A stretch of DNA of 53,850 nucleotides, counting the filler, from Sphacelaria rigidula (taxonomy: Eukaryota): NCBI GenBank assembly GCA_964200075.2. It is 4 parts of 4 records of this genome, joined end to end, with 100 filler letters (N's around TTAATTAATTAA, not from the genome) between each part and the next. Parts side by side here need not be neighbours in the genome. Positions count along the whole stretch, not along the records: positions 1 to 13,388 come from CAXNAA020002916.1; 3 more parts are not named here. The stretch is one strand, 5' to 3'. Within the stretch, counting starts at the first letter, position 1. The number at the start of each line of letters is the position of its first letter. This document shows positions 1 to 12,721 of this stretch, piece by piece. The position numbers and the translations under genes are program-made. The notes below the pieces were generated by a model. That model was not told the DNA's origin. It made no database searches and saw nothing but the letters and a program-made list of their open reading frames with translations.

Positions 1-630
1 CGTCCCGGCATTGTAGGGATGCGAGGTCAATGGTCTGATGACTATGGCATGCATGATCATGCGTACACCCCCCTTCTGGAGTTTGTTATATCCCCTAGCG
101 AGTATTACCGTGTTGTTCACCTGAGATATGTACTCATGTACGTCAATTTTGTCACCTAACGCGGCTGGATGATGACTCGTGGCGAAATCGGCTGGCAAAA
201 TAATGGGCAACAATCAATAGATCGAGCAATCAGTGTCAATTCCGGAAATAGTTGGGTGTCACTGACTTTGTGCACGATTTACATGTCTTATGGTGTACTA
301 ATTAGGGGTACTAGCCTTACTACTGCGCACCGAGTTTTGTTTGGTATAATAGTCATGATGCGCTTTTCACCGAGTGTATTGATATATGTATAGTATAGTT
401 CCAATTCTACAACGTGAGTTTGATTTGTGCTGCGGATGAAAACCGACTAACCGATTTTTTGTGACTTGATTTCTGCGACTTGATTCTCGCGACATATTTT
501 TTGCTAGACTTTTCCACTGTAACACCCCTATTGATTTCCGTTTTTTGGGGAAAACTTTGTCAAACAGACACCAAACGCATCTTACTCCAAGGGGCACGTG
601 GACACACAGCAGTTGCTGCTGCCTACCTAG

Positions 631-807
631 TATCATCCTCGAAAATGAAGCCTTGAGTGAGAACGCCCAGCGTTTGGTGCTCATGTACAAGGATGATCTA
701 CATCTAGTATCATGCTCCAAAACATACCCGACAAGGGGGCAACATCCCCGTGAAGACAGTAGCAATGCTAGCGGGTCCTACGTCCTGACAGTCTGGCAGC
801 CGGCAAG
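631..807 (+). CDS. Possible GANP-like exon (IILENEALSENAQRLVLMYKDD...WQPA)
   Basis: Open frame with TAG acceptor at 630. The phase-2 donor at 808 (alternative 817) fits the phase-2 start of the next exon. No strong motif. Confidence 0.4.
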
Positions 808-3800
808 GTGGCTACGGTAGTGTCCTTCTAGCGATACCAACTTACAGTGCACTGGAGCAGAGTGTGCAGGCGGACATTTCGGCGATTGCTTCGTCTGCAG
901 TTCGCCCAGATGCTGCGTTTTTTTTTCACGATATCACTGAGTAATATTACATACACTTACATGTGGAAATGTGCCAGACCCTCCATTACATTATAAGTGG
1001 AGATGTACTAGACCCTGCATCATATATGGGAATGTACCCAACCGTGGACAAAGATTTCTACAGTCAGTACGAACACGATGTTGAGAGTGTACTGCGCACA
1101 GTCAGTGTGTTGTGTGTGCTGCCGTCCCATCTATTCTGGACGCCGGTCTCCACCTTTCGGTATATGTGGGCGCACCAGCCGTGACTTTGTTACCATACAG
1201 CTTCGCCCAAGGTACAGGCAGCCATTACAGTGGTGGAGGCAGCCTTTCACTCCTGCGTGTGCCACCTGGGGCAAACACACGCTGTAGCTGCAGCTCGCAC
1301 AGCTTTATAAAATGTGACGTAGCGATATAGCGCGTAGCGAAGGGTGATATCCTGCGTACACGTTGGCCGCAGGTACAAGCGGCTGCGTTCATGTTGTGGC
1401 GAACTGCATAGGACAACGCGAAATCAATGCAGGGCAGGGATGGGCTAAGGATGTCACGTCCTGCGGTGCGCTCTGTCACCCTGCACCCTGCCGCTGTGCA
1501 GTGAGAAGGTAGTACCGCCGAACGCGTCACGCTGCGGTTGAGTACCGCCGAACGCGTCACGCTGCGGTTGGTACGCAGTGTCGAACACAGCAGTAATCAA
1601 GACATTTTTATGTACAGTACTTGCACATAGATCTGTGCTCTCAAGACCGATGCGCACACACACAGCAACCACTATCGCCAATATCCATCGATCAGGGGGG
1701 GTGCCCCCCCCTCCCCCCCCCCTGCGGCCCCAGAATGAGGTTTGGGCGACCTGGCGGGTGGTGGTGCCGTCATTTCCCGATGTAGGGCCCCTCGGCCCAG
1801 CGTGAAGCTGCTTGACGCTTGATACTGTCTCGTGTCTGCCCGAGAAACAGCAGTCTGCAACTTTTAGTCTATGGCATACCGGGAAGCAAGTCGTGTACGT
1901 GTACTTCAAAACAGGAATGGTAGTGGCTGGGGCTGGTGCGGGACGACCTAGCGGGAATTTGCCGGGAAACGGCTCGCGTCTCAGCGCGGCTTGCTCCTGG
2001 CCCTTGCGAATGTAGGGCGACGGCGATAACACGAACACGAATCATATTTCAATACAACTTTACGCTTCCGTGCAACGACACATCACCATACCCCGGTTGC
2101 GTGCCGCAGACCTTCATTTTAGAGTAGGAGCGCCCAACCGAGACCACTCCGGTTTCACCGCCGAAATCCGAGATCGCAACGTCACAAACACCGAAATAAA
2201 TTGAAACTGGAAGCGCCCTGAACACAGGGCAATCTATATGGTATGGTATGGTGTAGTATGTATGGCAGTCACAGTGATGGAAGTGAACGCGGTGCCGATT
2301 GAACAGCTGGATCAAGATATTCCCGCCGATCAAAGGCTTAGAGAACGTTCGACTCGTACAATATTTAATTTTGCAACTTCACGACACTTCAGTATCAAGG
2401 TCCGCTCCGTGCAGCACACTGTTTCAAGCGCGGGAATCGATTTTGTCGTAGCATTGACATTGATCGCTTTTTGTGCAAAAATATGTTGTGAAATCATATC
2501 CGCCCCTACACATCATCACACATATCAGATTTCACGCGCTGCCCCAATGGTCTGATGACTATGGCATGGATGATCATGAGTACCCCCCCCCCCCCCCCCC
2601 CCCCCCCCGCCCGCCGCTTGTTTCCCCCCCCGCCCCCCCACGCCCGGGCAAGCTCGCNNNNNNNNNNCAGATTTCCCGCGTTGCCCCAATGGTCTTATAA
2701 CTATAGCATGGATTATTTTGGGTCCCCCCCCCCCCCCCCGCGCGCGCGCTTTCTTTATTTGTCCCCGAGACAGGCAAGTGCCAAGGAAAGCTAGCGAATC
2801 GACGGGTCAATCAAAGCGTCACTTCCCCCGCTGGATGCACACCTGCGTCCAACGCGTGGACGTCTACGACGGACATCGTATCGACTGCTCGCCCCAACTA
2901 TCGGCGCGGCTGGCAGCTGCCAGTGTTATCGTGTTCGCGGCGTCCCCCAAGGGCCATAGACGTTTTTTTGTGTCGCCTTTTCAACCGAAGGTGTGTGTGT
3001 CTGTATACATAACGTACATACATACATACATACATACATACATACATGTATCGCTTATTTTATGTTGGGCGAGAGAAGAGCTGCATTTCGTCATGCACTT
3101 GGAGATCATTAATTTATTCAACGGGGTGGAGGGCCAGTTGCTTCTTGTGGAGTTGAGTGATTGTTTCTTTGACTGATCCCCTATGAAGCCAGCCGTGCTC
3201 ACGAGGTAAATGTCCCCAAGGTTGAACAAGTATACAGATGCATGAAAAAAGAAATTATCGTGTTTTTCCTCGTTTCGCTCTAGTTTCATGCGCCCGTCCC
3301 TTAAATTGCTTGAGTTGATACCTGCTGATCAACACACTTTTCCGAACCAGCCCAACCCCCCTTTGAATGCGCGTACTCACAGTAGTACTGCAGAGTTTGC
3401 GCACATGTGTGTGTGTGTGTGTGTGTGTTTTCTCTTGACATGAGTGCGGTTCTTGCCCATCATAGTGTTCAACAAACTCGCTTTACAGGCGGTCTCTCCA
3501 TGTCTGTTCTCACAGCATTTTTATTTATTTATGTTCTGTCATTTCCAAGAAACGCGCACCTCGTGGTCCCCCATCAGACTTTGCAAACAAATCGCCTTTT
3601 TTTGTCTGTTGGTCTCTTTATTATAGTACACGTCATGATCACCAACACGCGAGCACCTCGGGTAGCTTTCAAAATACATGCGTTGCAGGCACACTCAATC
3701 AATTTCAATCTACGAGAACAACCATATCATTCTCCTTCCCTTCCCCCCCACACCCCCCACACCCCCCACCCTCCACCCCACCCTACCATCAGTGCGCTTC

Positions 3801-6800
3801 GGGCCGAACAATCTTGGTGGGATGCAGGTCACCCCTCATGCAACTTGCTCAACACTATCACGGCGAATCGCGCTTGGTGATTGCGAGCCTTGCGCGGCAA
3901 AAACCCGGCGTGCTCCGCCTCGACTTTGTAGGGATGCGAGGCCAGTGGTCTTGTAATTACGGCATGAAATATCATGAGTACCCCCCCCACACCCTTCGGG
4001 GGAAGGGTTAGACACGCAGGTAGTGGAACGAACGAGGGTTGAGATCGCAGTTCCGTGCGGGAGAGACTGGTGGAAGAAGTCATGGTAGACTGTGCCCGAG
4101 AAACCCGTGACTACCACGTGGTGTGCTACAAGCATACAATACACAAAGTTGTGAACTGAACTATTGATCCCATCACCCCCCCCCCCCCCACCCCTCCCCT
4201 TCTCCCTCCGCAAATATGTCGACAAAACCCAAGCCGGACTGGTCCGAGACACGCGAGGACCTCCAGCGCGTCCTCCGCTCTGCGTCCCCCGCTCATCACG
4301 ACTCGCGCTCGGCTCCTTCCCCTACCGCTTTGGGGACGCCGGTGCTCATTGTGATCCCTGTTCGTGACTCCGTTCTGTTGGGGCCCGACGGCGAGAGCCA
4401 AGGTGAAGCCGGCGCGAGCGACGCTACCACTGCTACGTCGGTTACTTCGTTGAGTCGAGTGCGGCAGCGGATACTGAAGGATGCGACGGAGGGACTGGGC
4501 CTCGGCGAGCTGGACGGCATGGGCTTTAGCTTCCGCGTGATGGTGGTGGGGCTGCACGACTTTGAGAGCAAGTCGCGCGCCGCGGCGGCGGCCGGGGAAG
4601 GGTTGGTTTTTTCCGGTAGGCTGGAGGAGGCGTGCTCTCGCGAGTTTGCGCACAAGCTGGCCGACCTGTCTGGTGGGTTTATCTTGTTTTATTTTTTTCA
4701 TGGATGTGACGGACTTGCATTAATGTTGCTTATTTTGCCGTACATACTTTGGGTACAACGGGTTAGTACACGTACATCTGTATCCCCCCCCTCCAGCACA
4801 CCCGCTCCCCTCCCTTCGTTTTTTTTTGAGCTGCTTGGCTGTATGCTTGATTCCCGCTCAAGAAAATTATGTCAGACACGCGTAAATATTTATGCTGCTG
4901 TTTCTCACGGGAATTGATATCCACATGTGGTGTTGCGGAGTTTTCTTTATTTCTGCGTTGGCGAAGATACTGCGGCGTTATGCGTGTTCTTGACTGCACA
5001 GGCTGGTTCACCGGTTTGACACAAAATCCATTCATCAGCAAACACGTTTCGCAATACCTTCTCACTTGTCACACACATGGTATCGTGCTTACCGCCATGG
5101 ACTACTGAAGAGGGCGAAATAGCCGGATTTCTGCTTGAGGCCACCGGGCACCAAGGGCGAAAGCTTACCTCGACTAATCAGCGTCCTCCGAAATGTTCTG
5201 AATTTTTTAGTACGATTCCCAACTCAAAATCTGCCCAATTTTTTCATTCTTCAAATCGTAGTAAGCGCAATCAGCTCGGGAATCTAATGGGAAGGAGACA
5301 TGTGAAAACGATTGCAATGGGATCGAATTATACCATACCCTGGACAAAGAATTACACAGTCAAAAAGTGTACTGCGTACAGTATCGACTATTGCGCCTAT
5401 TGCAACAGACAGAATATTCCATACTGTACGCGGCATATTTTTTTTATAATACAGTAGTCAGCGTCAGAAGTATGCAGAATTCGTAATTTCTTAGTTTCTC
5501 GAAGATTTTCCAAATTTGTTTTGCTTGCCACCGCTCATCACAGTTACTGTTGGACGCCAAAAAATGGGCATCAGGAGATGTTATAATCCTGTTGACAAAT
5601 ATTGAAAAAAAAAATCTGTGATCAATGTTGAGTGACTTATGGGCTTGACCGATCTTCGGGGGTCCTGCGAAAGTGCAACACCAGGATCTAGCTTTTTGGT
5701 ATTTTCGATGGACCGACTCGATCTCGATCATAAAAGTGAAGTCTCATTTTTTTTTTTTGAATTTTACCTCTTTACTGCGCTAAAGCCGGAAAACAGTGTT
5801 TCTTGGACCATTAACGGTCAATAAAACCCTCGGGATAAACAGAGTCTTTACTCCGTATCGCCCCCACAACACCAACGTGGCCATTGTGATTTGAACACGG
5901 TCTGCTTATTTTGCCAAAACTGTCGGCGCTAGCAATTTCGAGTGCTCATGGAAAATGTTTCGCGAAAACCCCCCGAAAATAGTCCATCTGCAGAAAATGC
6001 CAGACTGACGTCTGTGCAGTGTGGGAGGGAAACACGATCTCGATCGTTATTGTGAAGAATTTTATACGTATTCATTCATCTGAATATTTTCCGTTTCGTC
6101 GCGGAAGAGCCGGAAAACTGCTTTTATTGGACCAAAAACGGTCAACAACACCCTCCTGATAAACGGGGTATCAAGTCCGTATCGCCCCCAAAACATCAAC
6201 TTGGGCACTGCACTTTGAGCGTGGCCTACGCTTTCCCCCTAAATCTACCGGCGCTAGCACTTTCAAGTAGTACTGAAGAATAGTACTCGAGAAAAACTCA
6301 AAACTACAACAACTACGGATTCTGAAAACTTCTAATGCTGACTACTTTAGAATCCATTGTCCAGGTTGTGAATTATACCCCAATCCGTGGTATTCTGGTG
6401 ATGTCCTGTTTCGGCGTCGTGAGATTTCCGCTGTCATTCTTCTTCCTCTTCTCCTCAGTTTGCTTTCACTTTATAAGCATTAGTTCATTCCCACCGCCTC
6501 TCGTTCCTTCCTTTCCTTTCTCCCTCCCCCGCCCTTATTTTGTTTACACGCCCCGTGCATTAATGTGCTCTCCCTGGATCCGCAGAGCAATCCCCGCTGC
6601 AGCCCTTGGTCGCCACTCGCTCCTTGCCAGAAATGCTCAGCACGGCAGTTTCCCGCGCAACCACGGACAACCACTACGCCAAGGCCGCTGGGCTTGATCT
6701 GCCGGCATCGCCGTACGAGGACCCCCCGCTGGACGCCGTCGTGGCGGCGGCGACGCGGGCGACGGCACACGTGGCCGATCTATTGTCTCGCAAACCCGAC

Positions 6801-9800
6801 AACAACCATCGCTGGCCCATCCCCGAGTTCACCATCGCAGGATCTGCATCTTCCGTAGCAGCAGCATCCGCATCAAAAAATCATATGCAGCTACTTGCAA
6901 GCAGCGACGGAGGCGGTTGCCGAAATAACAACAGTGGCAACAACAGTAGCAGTAGCGATCGCCGTCTGGTACAGTACGTGTTGGGTGCAGCCCGGCCGGC
7001 GGGCGGTGAGCTCACTCCGTCGACGCTTTACTACCCGGCAGCGGCCCAGCGGGGCGCGGCGGAGGAGGAGGCGGAGGGGGAGCTGAACGGGAAGGGGGGA
7101 ATCACGCAGCAACTGCGCGGCTTGATAGGTTCCTACGCGGGGCTACCGGCCGACTGGGAGTGCTTTTCGACGCCTGCGATGTCTCCCGCCGTGATGAGGG
7201 TGATACGTGCGGCTACCCCGTCCTGGCCCGTACCTCCCGAGATCCTGCAGACGTTCGGCGACAGTGTCCTTGCCGGGAAAAAGGCGGCACCAGCGGCAGC
7301 TGGGCAGGAGGCGGGGCGTGGGGCTCGTGCCCTAGGTGAGCGGGAGGCTTGGGCGAGGGTAGAGAGGCTGGACGCGTATCTGGGGAGCGGTGTCTTGTCC
7401 GACGATTTGAGATGTCGCTTGGCGGAGGCGCTCGCGCGCGGCGTGATGATGCGGGGTGCCCCCCCTCCCTGGCGTGCGCTCGTACGCCACGCGGTGGTGA
7501 GGAAGCTGAGCGCGGAGGTGAGCGATGGGGGTCCGATCGGAACGAGGCCTATGGTGGTGCACTTTGTTGCGGCGTCCGGACAGCAGCGTTTGGCGGATGG
7601 TGGCGGGCTGGTGCCGGGGTTGCTGGAGGCTGAGAGGCTTCGTCCGGTGAGTTGATCGTCGGGTACTATAGCTACCTGTTGGTTTGTAGTTGAAAGGGGC
7701 GGTTCGGTTCCGTACATGTGTAAAAATGCGGGGGGATTTAGCTTGTGGTCGTTGCACCACTGTGGGACGTTGGAGTGAATCGTCAAGAATTCTGACACTT
7801 TTGCATTTTCTATAATCTTGGCAAGCTCAATCGTGCTTTGTGGATTTCACGGTTAGTACGTCTCCACCGCTAGGATGGCCTCCTTGTGGGGTGTGCGCGA
7901 GATTTTGAAGCCGCATATCTTGCCCATGCTGAACCTTTGGGCTTGGTTGATCCAATACTCCCACTTTGCCGTTTCGGGAGGCATTGTCGGTGCTGTTCTC
8001 GTCGGTATTAAATGCCTTATATCCTCAGCAGTACGAGTTGGACACGCATGCGAGTTGGACAAAGTACTCACCGCTATAACGGAATCATCGGACTCACTGT
8101 CGGAACGATCGGTGTTATCAGGCGCCGCTTTAGTGCTGCGGAGATTATTCATGCTCCTGGTCTCTGGTCTACTGGTCTGCTGCTTTGGGTTCATGTTCTT
8201 GTACACAGACAACTTTTTAATCCCAGCTACAAACTGCAAACTACAGATATACTGCATACAAGAATGGAAAATGGTATGCTTATTTTTTGGAGAATGATCA
8301 TGACATATGTATAATTGGTGGATTATGACTATATCAAGTGGAAATATTTTGGTACGTTGATATCGCTGATTTCCAACATCAATATATTCAAGATGTAATG
8401 GTGACGAGCAGTGTGTGTAGGTCACAATACACATCCCTGGTACTATTTTTCACGAAACCTGATTTTTCGAGTTTGGCTGCGTTTTGGGGGTTTTAGGCTG
8501 CTCCTTGTAACAGATAAAGATACAAAACTGGAAAAGTGCCTTGTTGGAGCTTTTGCGTCGTTGTACGCCCTAAAAGAGAGCTAGACGGAGTTTGACACCT
8601 TGGAATGACTTGATCTACTCGTTGAGACGGTTCCGGGACATCTTCACGTTCCCCGGTGGCCGCATTTTTTATTTTTGTCAAACAAGATTTTTTGTCCAAG
8701 AATGGTCGATTCCAGAGAAAAATGGCGTTTTTTTCTAGATTTGACTGTTTTTGACCGTTCTTGGACAAAAAATCTGATTTGGCCAAAATAAAAATTGCTG
8801 CCATTGGGGAACGTGAAGAATGTCCTGGAACCTCCTCTACTAGTAAAGCAAGTCATTCCAAGATGTCAAACTCCGCCTAGCTCTCTTTTGGGGCGTCAAA
8901 CGACGTAAAAGCTCCAAAACGGCACTTTTTCCAGTTTTTTTTTGTCTGTCATAAGGAGTGGCCTCACCACCGGAATACGGTGTGTCCGACGTGCATCGCT
9001 TGGGTAGAGGGTGTTGTGAACGCTCGGATGAATTTGGTGTAGTTGTGGGACTCTCTTGTATTGCTTACGGGGTCAGCTTGTAGGTGTCGGTGGTTGTTCG
9101 TGGTAAGTCATGCTCACGCGGATACATTTCGGAATACTTGTCTGATTTCAAGAGCATACAACCCAAAGTGGAAACCTGGTGACTCGTAAAGCAGTGCTCA
9201 TGATTGTTTCTAGGTCGGCCATTTCTTTCTGTGCTTTGTTTGTGTTGAGTTTTTTTTTCATTTGTGACGACTTAGTCTGCTTTGTCGTTCTGTTCGACTT
9301 TTTGTCTTGTTCTGTTTCTTCTTTTTTTTCAGGGCGTGTTTCAGTTTCGTTTTTCTTGGGTACGTCTACCATGAGACCACAGCTGGACGTCAGTTACAGT
9401 GCGACAATCATTCAATCAATCAATCAATCAAATCATGACTGCAATCCCACCAGGATTAAACTGTGTGTCTTGGCCGATGTCCAAATACGGCGTCTTTCCC
9501 TGTATATGTCGCCGTCCTGACAACGATGTCTTACTGTCATGCAAACGTGGATTCGGGGTGGTGAGGCTGTGTCCATGAGTATGTGTCTTTGAGATCAGTC
9601 GGACCCCTCTGTCACGCTCGAATTTGCCTGGATATGTCGTCTTCGTCTCGTGTCTGTGTTTTCGTCAAGCTTTGGCGCTCTCCTATTTCCTCCCCCGGAC
9701 ACCGCGGTCATTCCTCCTTCCTCAGAACGACAGGCAAAAAAGAGGCGAGGCCGGTGTTGCCATCGTGTTGCCCTCGTGTTACCGATTTTGATGTCCTCAT

Positions 9801-10816
9801 CCTCACAACATGCAAATGTCATCGTACTGACAAAACCGACCTTCCTGTTGATTCCCCCCATCCCGCCCGTCCCCCCCCGTTCACTCCAACCGTGCCCGGA
9901 TTGAACTGTTTTTCGTCAGGCTTCATCGGGTGACTCAAAGAGGTCATTGGCGACGGACACGAGCTACCCTAACGCTGTCCGCGACCCGCAGCCGTCGCTA
10001 AGCCAACAAGATGTGCTGCAGTGGGCCGCAACGCTCAAGCGTGAGGCACCCACGATGGCTAGTACCGCACAAAAATCCCGCGACAGCAAGCAACGCCGAT
10101 TGAACACATCACCTTCTACAAGCACCACCATCAGTGCTACTCCTGCCGCCGCCGCCGCCGCTGCTGCTGCCACCACTACTGCAATTTCCCGCACCCACAC
10201 TGCTGTTCATAGTCGGAGCGGTACGCCCAAGAGGAAACACAACACCGGCGAGATCGCCTTTTTCGAATCCCCGTCATCCTCACGGAAACCTAGCCCTGCC
10301 GTTGCCAGTGGTGATCGTCGCCACAAAGGAGAGATAGAGCAACTTCGCCGCGAGACGGAAGAGTTGCGGGTGCTGGCGGACCAACAGAGCACTCGCGTCG
10401 AGGCTAATATCGAATTGGACAAGGCATTTCTCCGCTCGTTTGGGATTACCCTACCCGCAGCGGGCTCGGGGGTATCCGGAAGTGTTGCCGCTACAGCCGC
10501 GGACAGGACACCTGACCACTCACGACCTCACTTCAACCCGGCGAGTTTTTCGTCATCGAGTCCGTTGTTTGGTAGGGAGACGGCGGCAACGGCCGTGCAA
10601 GGAAGGGAAACTACGCGAGCTGTGAAAGCCTACGAGGCTAGACGGCGGAAAGCGGAGGCTACCCTGACGGCGACGGAATACCGCTGTTGGATGATCAGGG
10701 AAGAGCGGATCAGAGACCGGCGCGCACAGGATCAAATGTGGGCGAGAGTGTTCAACGGCGACCCGCTTGCGGTGCCGCCGTCGCCTTCGTCGCCCGGACC
10801 AGCAGGCTTCTGCTAG
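631..10816 (+). CDS. MCM3AP: SAC3/GANP (MCM3AP-like) mRNA-export scaffold, C-terminal part; 5' end off contig
   Basis: Exons 631-807(?), 2774-2990, 4234-4672, 6586-7646, 9920-10816 join in phase with GT-AG ends. The spliced peptide has GANP/plant SAC3B C-terminal motifs in order: AASVIVF, W..R..L..VL, PVLIVIP, GLGLGELD, LADLSEQSPLQP (cf. plant LASESPLQP), WPIPEF (cf. WPVTEF), LPADW, PWRALVRHAVVRKL. Confidence 0.75.
1108..1184 (-). mobile_element. SINE family A, 3' fragment
   Basis: CGTCCCATCTATTCTGGACG...GGCGCACCAGCCG. Confidence 0.7.
1511..1570. repeat. 30-bp tandem duplication
   Basis: AGTACCGCCGAACGCGTCACGCTGCGGTTG x2. Confidence 0.9.
2774..2990 (+). CDS. GANP-like exon (QVPRK...RLAAASVIVFAASP...FQPK)
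   Basis: CAG acceptor ending 2773, AAG|GTGTGT donor; matches the GASAILF-type motif. Confidence 0.7.
4234..4672 (+). CDS. GANP-like exon (PDWSETREDLQRVL...HKLADLS)
   Basis: GC-rich coding stretch inside ORF 4216-4917; AAG acceptor, phase-1 G|GTGGGT donor. Confidence 0.8.
5334..6370. mobile_element. Non-autonomous DNA transposon with 8-bp TSD (hAT/P-like)
   Basis: TIRs CATACCCTGGACAA / TTGTCCAGGTTGTG; flanking direct repeat AATTATAC (5326-5333, 6371-6378); internal ~310-bp tandem duplication. Confidence 0.7.
6586..7646 (+). CDS. GANP-like exon (EQSPLQP...WPIPEF...ERLRP)
   Basis: Phase-1 CGCAG acceptor, CCG|GTGAGT donor; ORF 6606-7655. Confidence 0.85.
8496..8963. mobile_element. Palindromic MITE, PIF/Harbinger-like
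   Basis: ~210-bp inverted arms, GGC...GCC termini, flanks TTA/TCA. Confidence 0.7.
9920..10816 (+). CDS. Terminal exon of GANP-like gene (disordered tail with coiled-coil stretch)
   Basis: TTTTTCGTCAG acceptor in phase 0 with ORF 9947-10816; TAG stop. Assignment to this gene rests on phase and position only. Confidence 0.7.
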   Translation, partial: ASSGDSKRSLATDTSYPNAVRDPQPSLSQQDVLQWAATLKREAPTMASTAQKSRDSKQRRLNTSPSTSTTISATPAAAAAAAAATTTAISRTHTAVHSRSGTPKRKHNTGEIAFFESPSSSRKPSPAVASGDRRHKGEIEQLRRETEELRVLADQQSTRVEANIELDKAFLRSFGITLPAAGSGVSGSVAATAADRTPDHSRPHFNPASFSSSSPLFGRETAATAVQGRETTRAVKAYEARRRKAEATLTATEYRCWMIREERIRDRRAQDQMWARVFNGDPLAVPPSPSSPGPAGFC

Positions 10817-12721
10817 CCATCTCTCTTGTTTGGGTGGAGGTGTACCCTGCACGCTGCATCGAGTTGCGGTTTTTGAGGCTTGTTGTGGAGACGAAGACCT
10901 TGGTACACGTATAGCATGGTTTCATCGGAGCTGCTTGTTGGGGAGATGGTAACGGTAGTGCACGTGAAAGTAGTTTATTTTGTCGGATTTACGTCGGCGT
11001 CTTCAGACACAGACGAGCGGTATGATCGTGTACGGTCGATGTTTACGCCTGTCATCAGTGTTGGGGAAGGGTAGTACGCTTTGTGCAGTGCCGCCGCTGT
11101 ATCTGGAGTACAGGTTGCTACTGTCAACAACATGCAAATAGGCCGGTATACGTAAATTTGTGTGTTTAGCCCTTGCTGGGTTCTCGCTCGATAGTGTGCT
11201 GAACCAAGCAGTTACGTGTTTTCCGACTATCGGGTTGAAAGGTGTACGTTACAGAGAAGTGGTGAAACGCGCATCCAGTAAAGATTCTGATGGCGTGGAA
11301 TGGGCGAAGACCATTTGTTCCTGTCTCATTTTGTTTGTCTCGTCAGGTGAGGGTTCGGAAGTGTGCGCGCTAAGTGAAATGCACGCGAAGTTATATGAAG
11401 ACGCGATTGTGTTCAGAACTCAAATATGTTGGTCGTGGTATTTTGTGGTACACAGCGCGTGTACTGCACGTACGGAAACTGGAGCATGAAGACAAAATCG
11501 TCGTCCTTGACGTTCGTTCTTTTCCGCAGAGAACCACTGCTGCTTATCACTCCACGGTCGAGCTTCCACTGGTAGCACCTGAACGAGTTATATGCTCATT
11601 AATATGCGGATAGTGAAATCTCGTGTAGACTAACAGGACGAACTACGCAAAGTTCAATTTCTCATCACTGCTAGTCCGTTCTTAAGAGCGGGGACAGCAG
11701 CAGCATGCGGCGCACGGTCGACATGAACATCGACACATACTTTGCATACCATGCACTGTAGAACCTTGTACACATACGGTAAATTCAGCCTGCGCACACA
11801 CACGGGGTCGGTGTCTGAAGGCTTCTTGCTCGAGATGACCAGTGGCCATGACAGCGTTTCGAATGTTTGCGTCCCTGAAACTCTCCGTCTGAAGAGCGAT
11901 CTCCATACTTGACAACGTAAGGCACATCGATGTGTTCACTTATTTTTGTTGGTGTAGGATTCCTGTCCCGGCGATTTTCAGGTTGAGTTCAAGACCACTT
12001 GAAGTAAATCAGTGGAAAACTACCCACACCCTCCAGCAATGAAGTCTCCTGACAGTATTCCCAGTTGCGCACTGGGATACCGGCGAGTTTCGCTTTGACT
12101 TTTCAATTGACAGGGCAGAGACCCGTGGCTGTTTGATTATATACCTATCGCCAGCGTCCTCAAACCTTGAGTATTCAGTCGTTTTGAAGTCCACCGGAGG
12201 GCGGTGTGGGAAGCCTTCGTGGAGACGCTGAGCTACTGCTTCCAGTTTTTAGTTCAAACTACATATACATTGTAAAAGAAGCATGGACATGCATGCGGCC
12301 TTCGATCGAGCCTCGCTTCTTGGGCCAAGTTGATCACTAGTTAGTATTTTTGTAAAAATCAAGACATGGCTTGTTACATATGTGTTCCCAAGCTCCGATA
12401 CGAGACTCCGCCTGTCAGTGGAAGTAGAAAAAGCGTGTCGCTTTCTTGACATGAGTCACCCGTTGATCGGTCGACTCTCGAAAGCTGATCTCAGCTCACA
12501 GTGGGAATTTCTCGCCACTGGATGCGTCCCCGTGTCGGCTAGATGCGTACGTGAGCTCTCCTGTTTTCAACAGCTATCGTCTTCTAACAACATAAATATC
12601 CTGAAAAATTTTGGACACTCAAATGGGGCTGAAGTCGCTTGCCGAAAAGTTACATTTTCCCCGGAACAGTTTTGCAAAAACATTCGTCTGGTCATTTTAT
12701 ATATATTCTAGCTTGCCTTGT

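Noticed and set aside
28..70. Hammerhead ribozyme core CTGATGA in the 70-bp repeat (also 45537)
   Set aside because: No stem II-GAAA partner, and the motif is not conserved in other copies (CAAATGA, CACACGA).
7133..7646. Long antisense ORFs opposite GC-rich exons (also 4126-4701, 38766-39308, 39600-39995)
   Set aside because: Shadow frames of real + strand exons.
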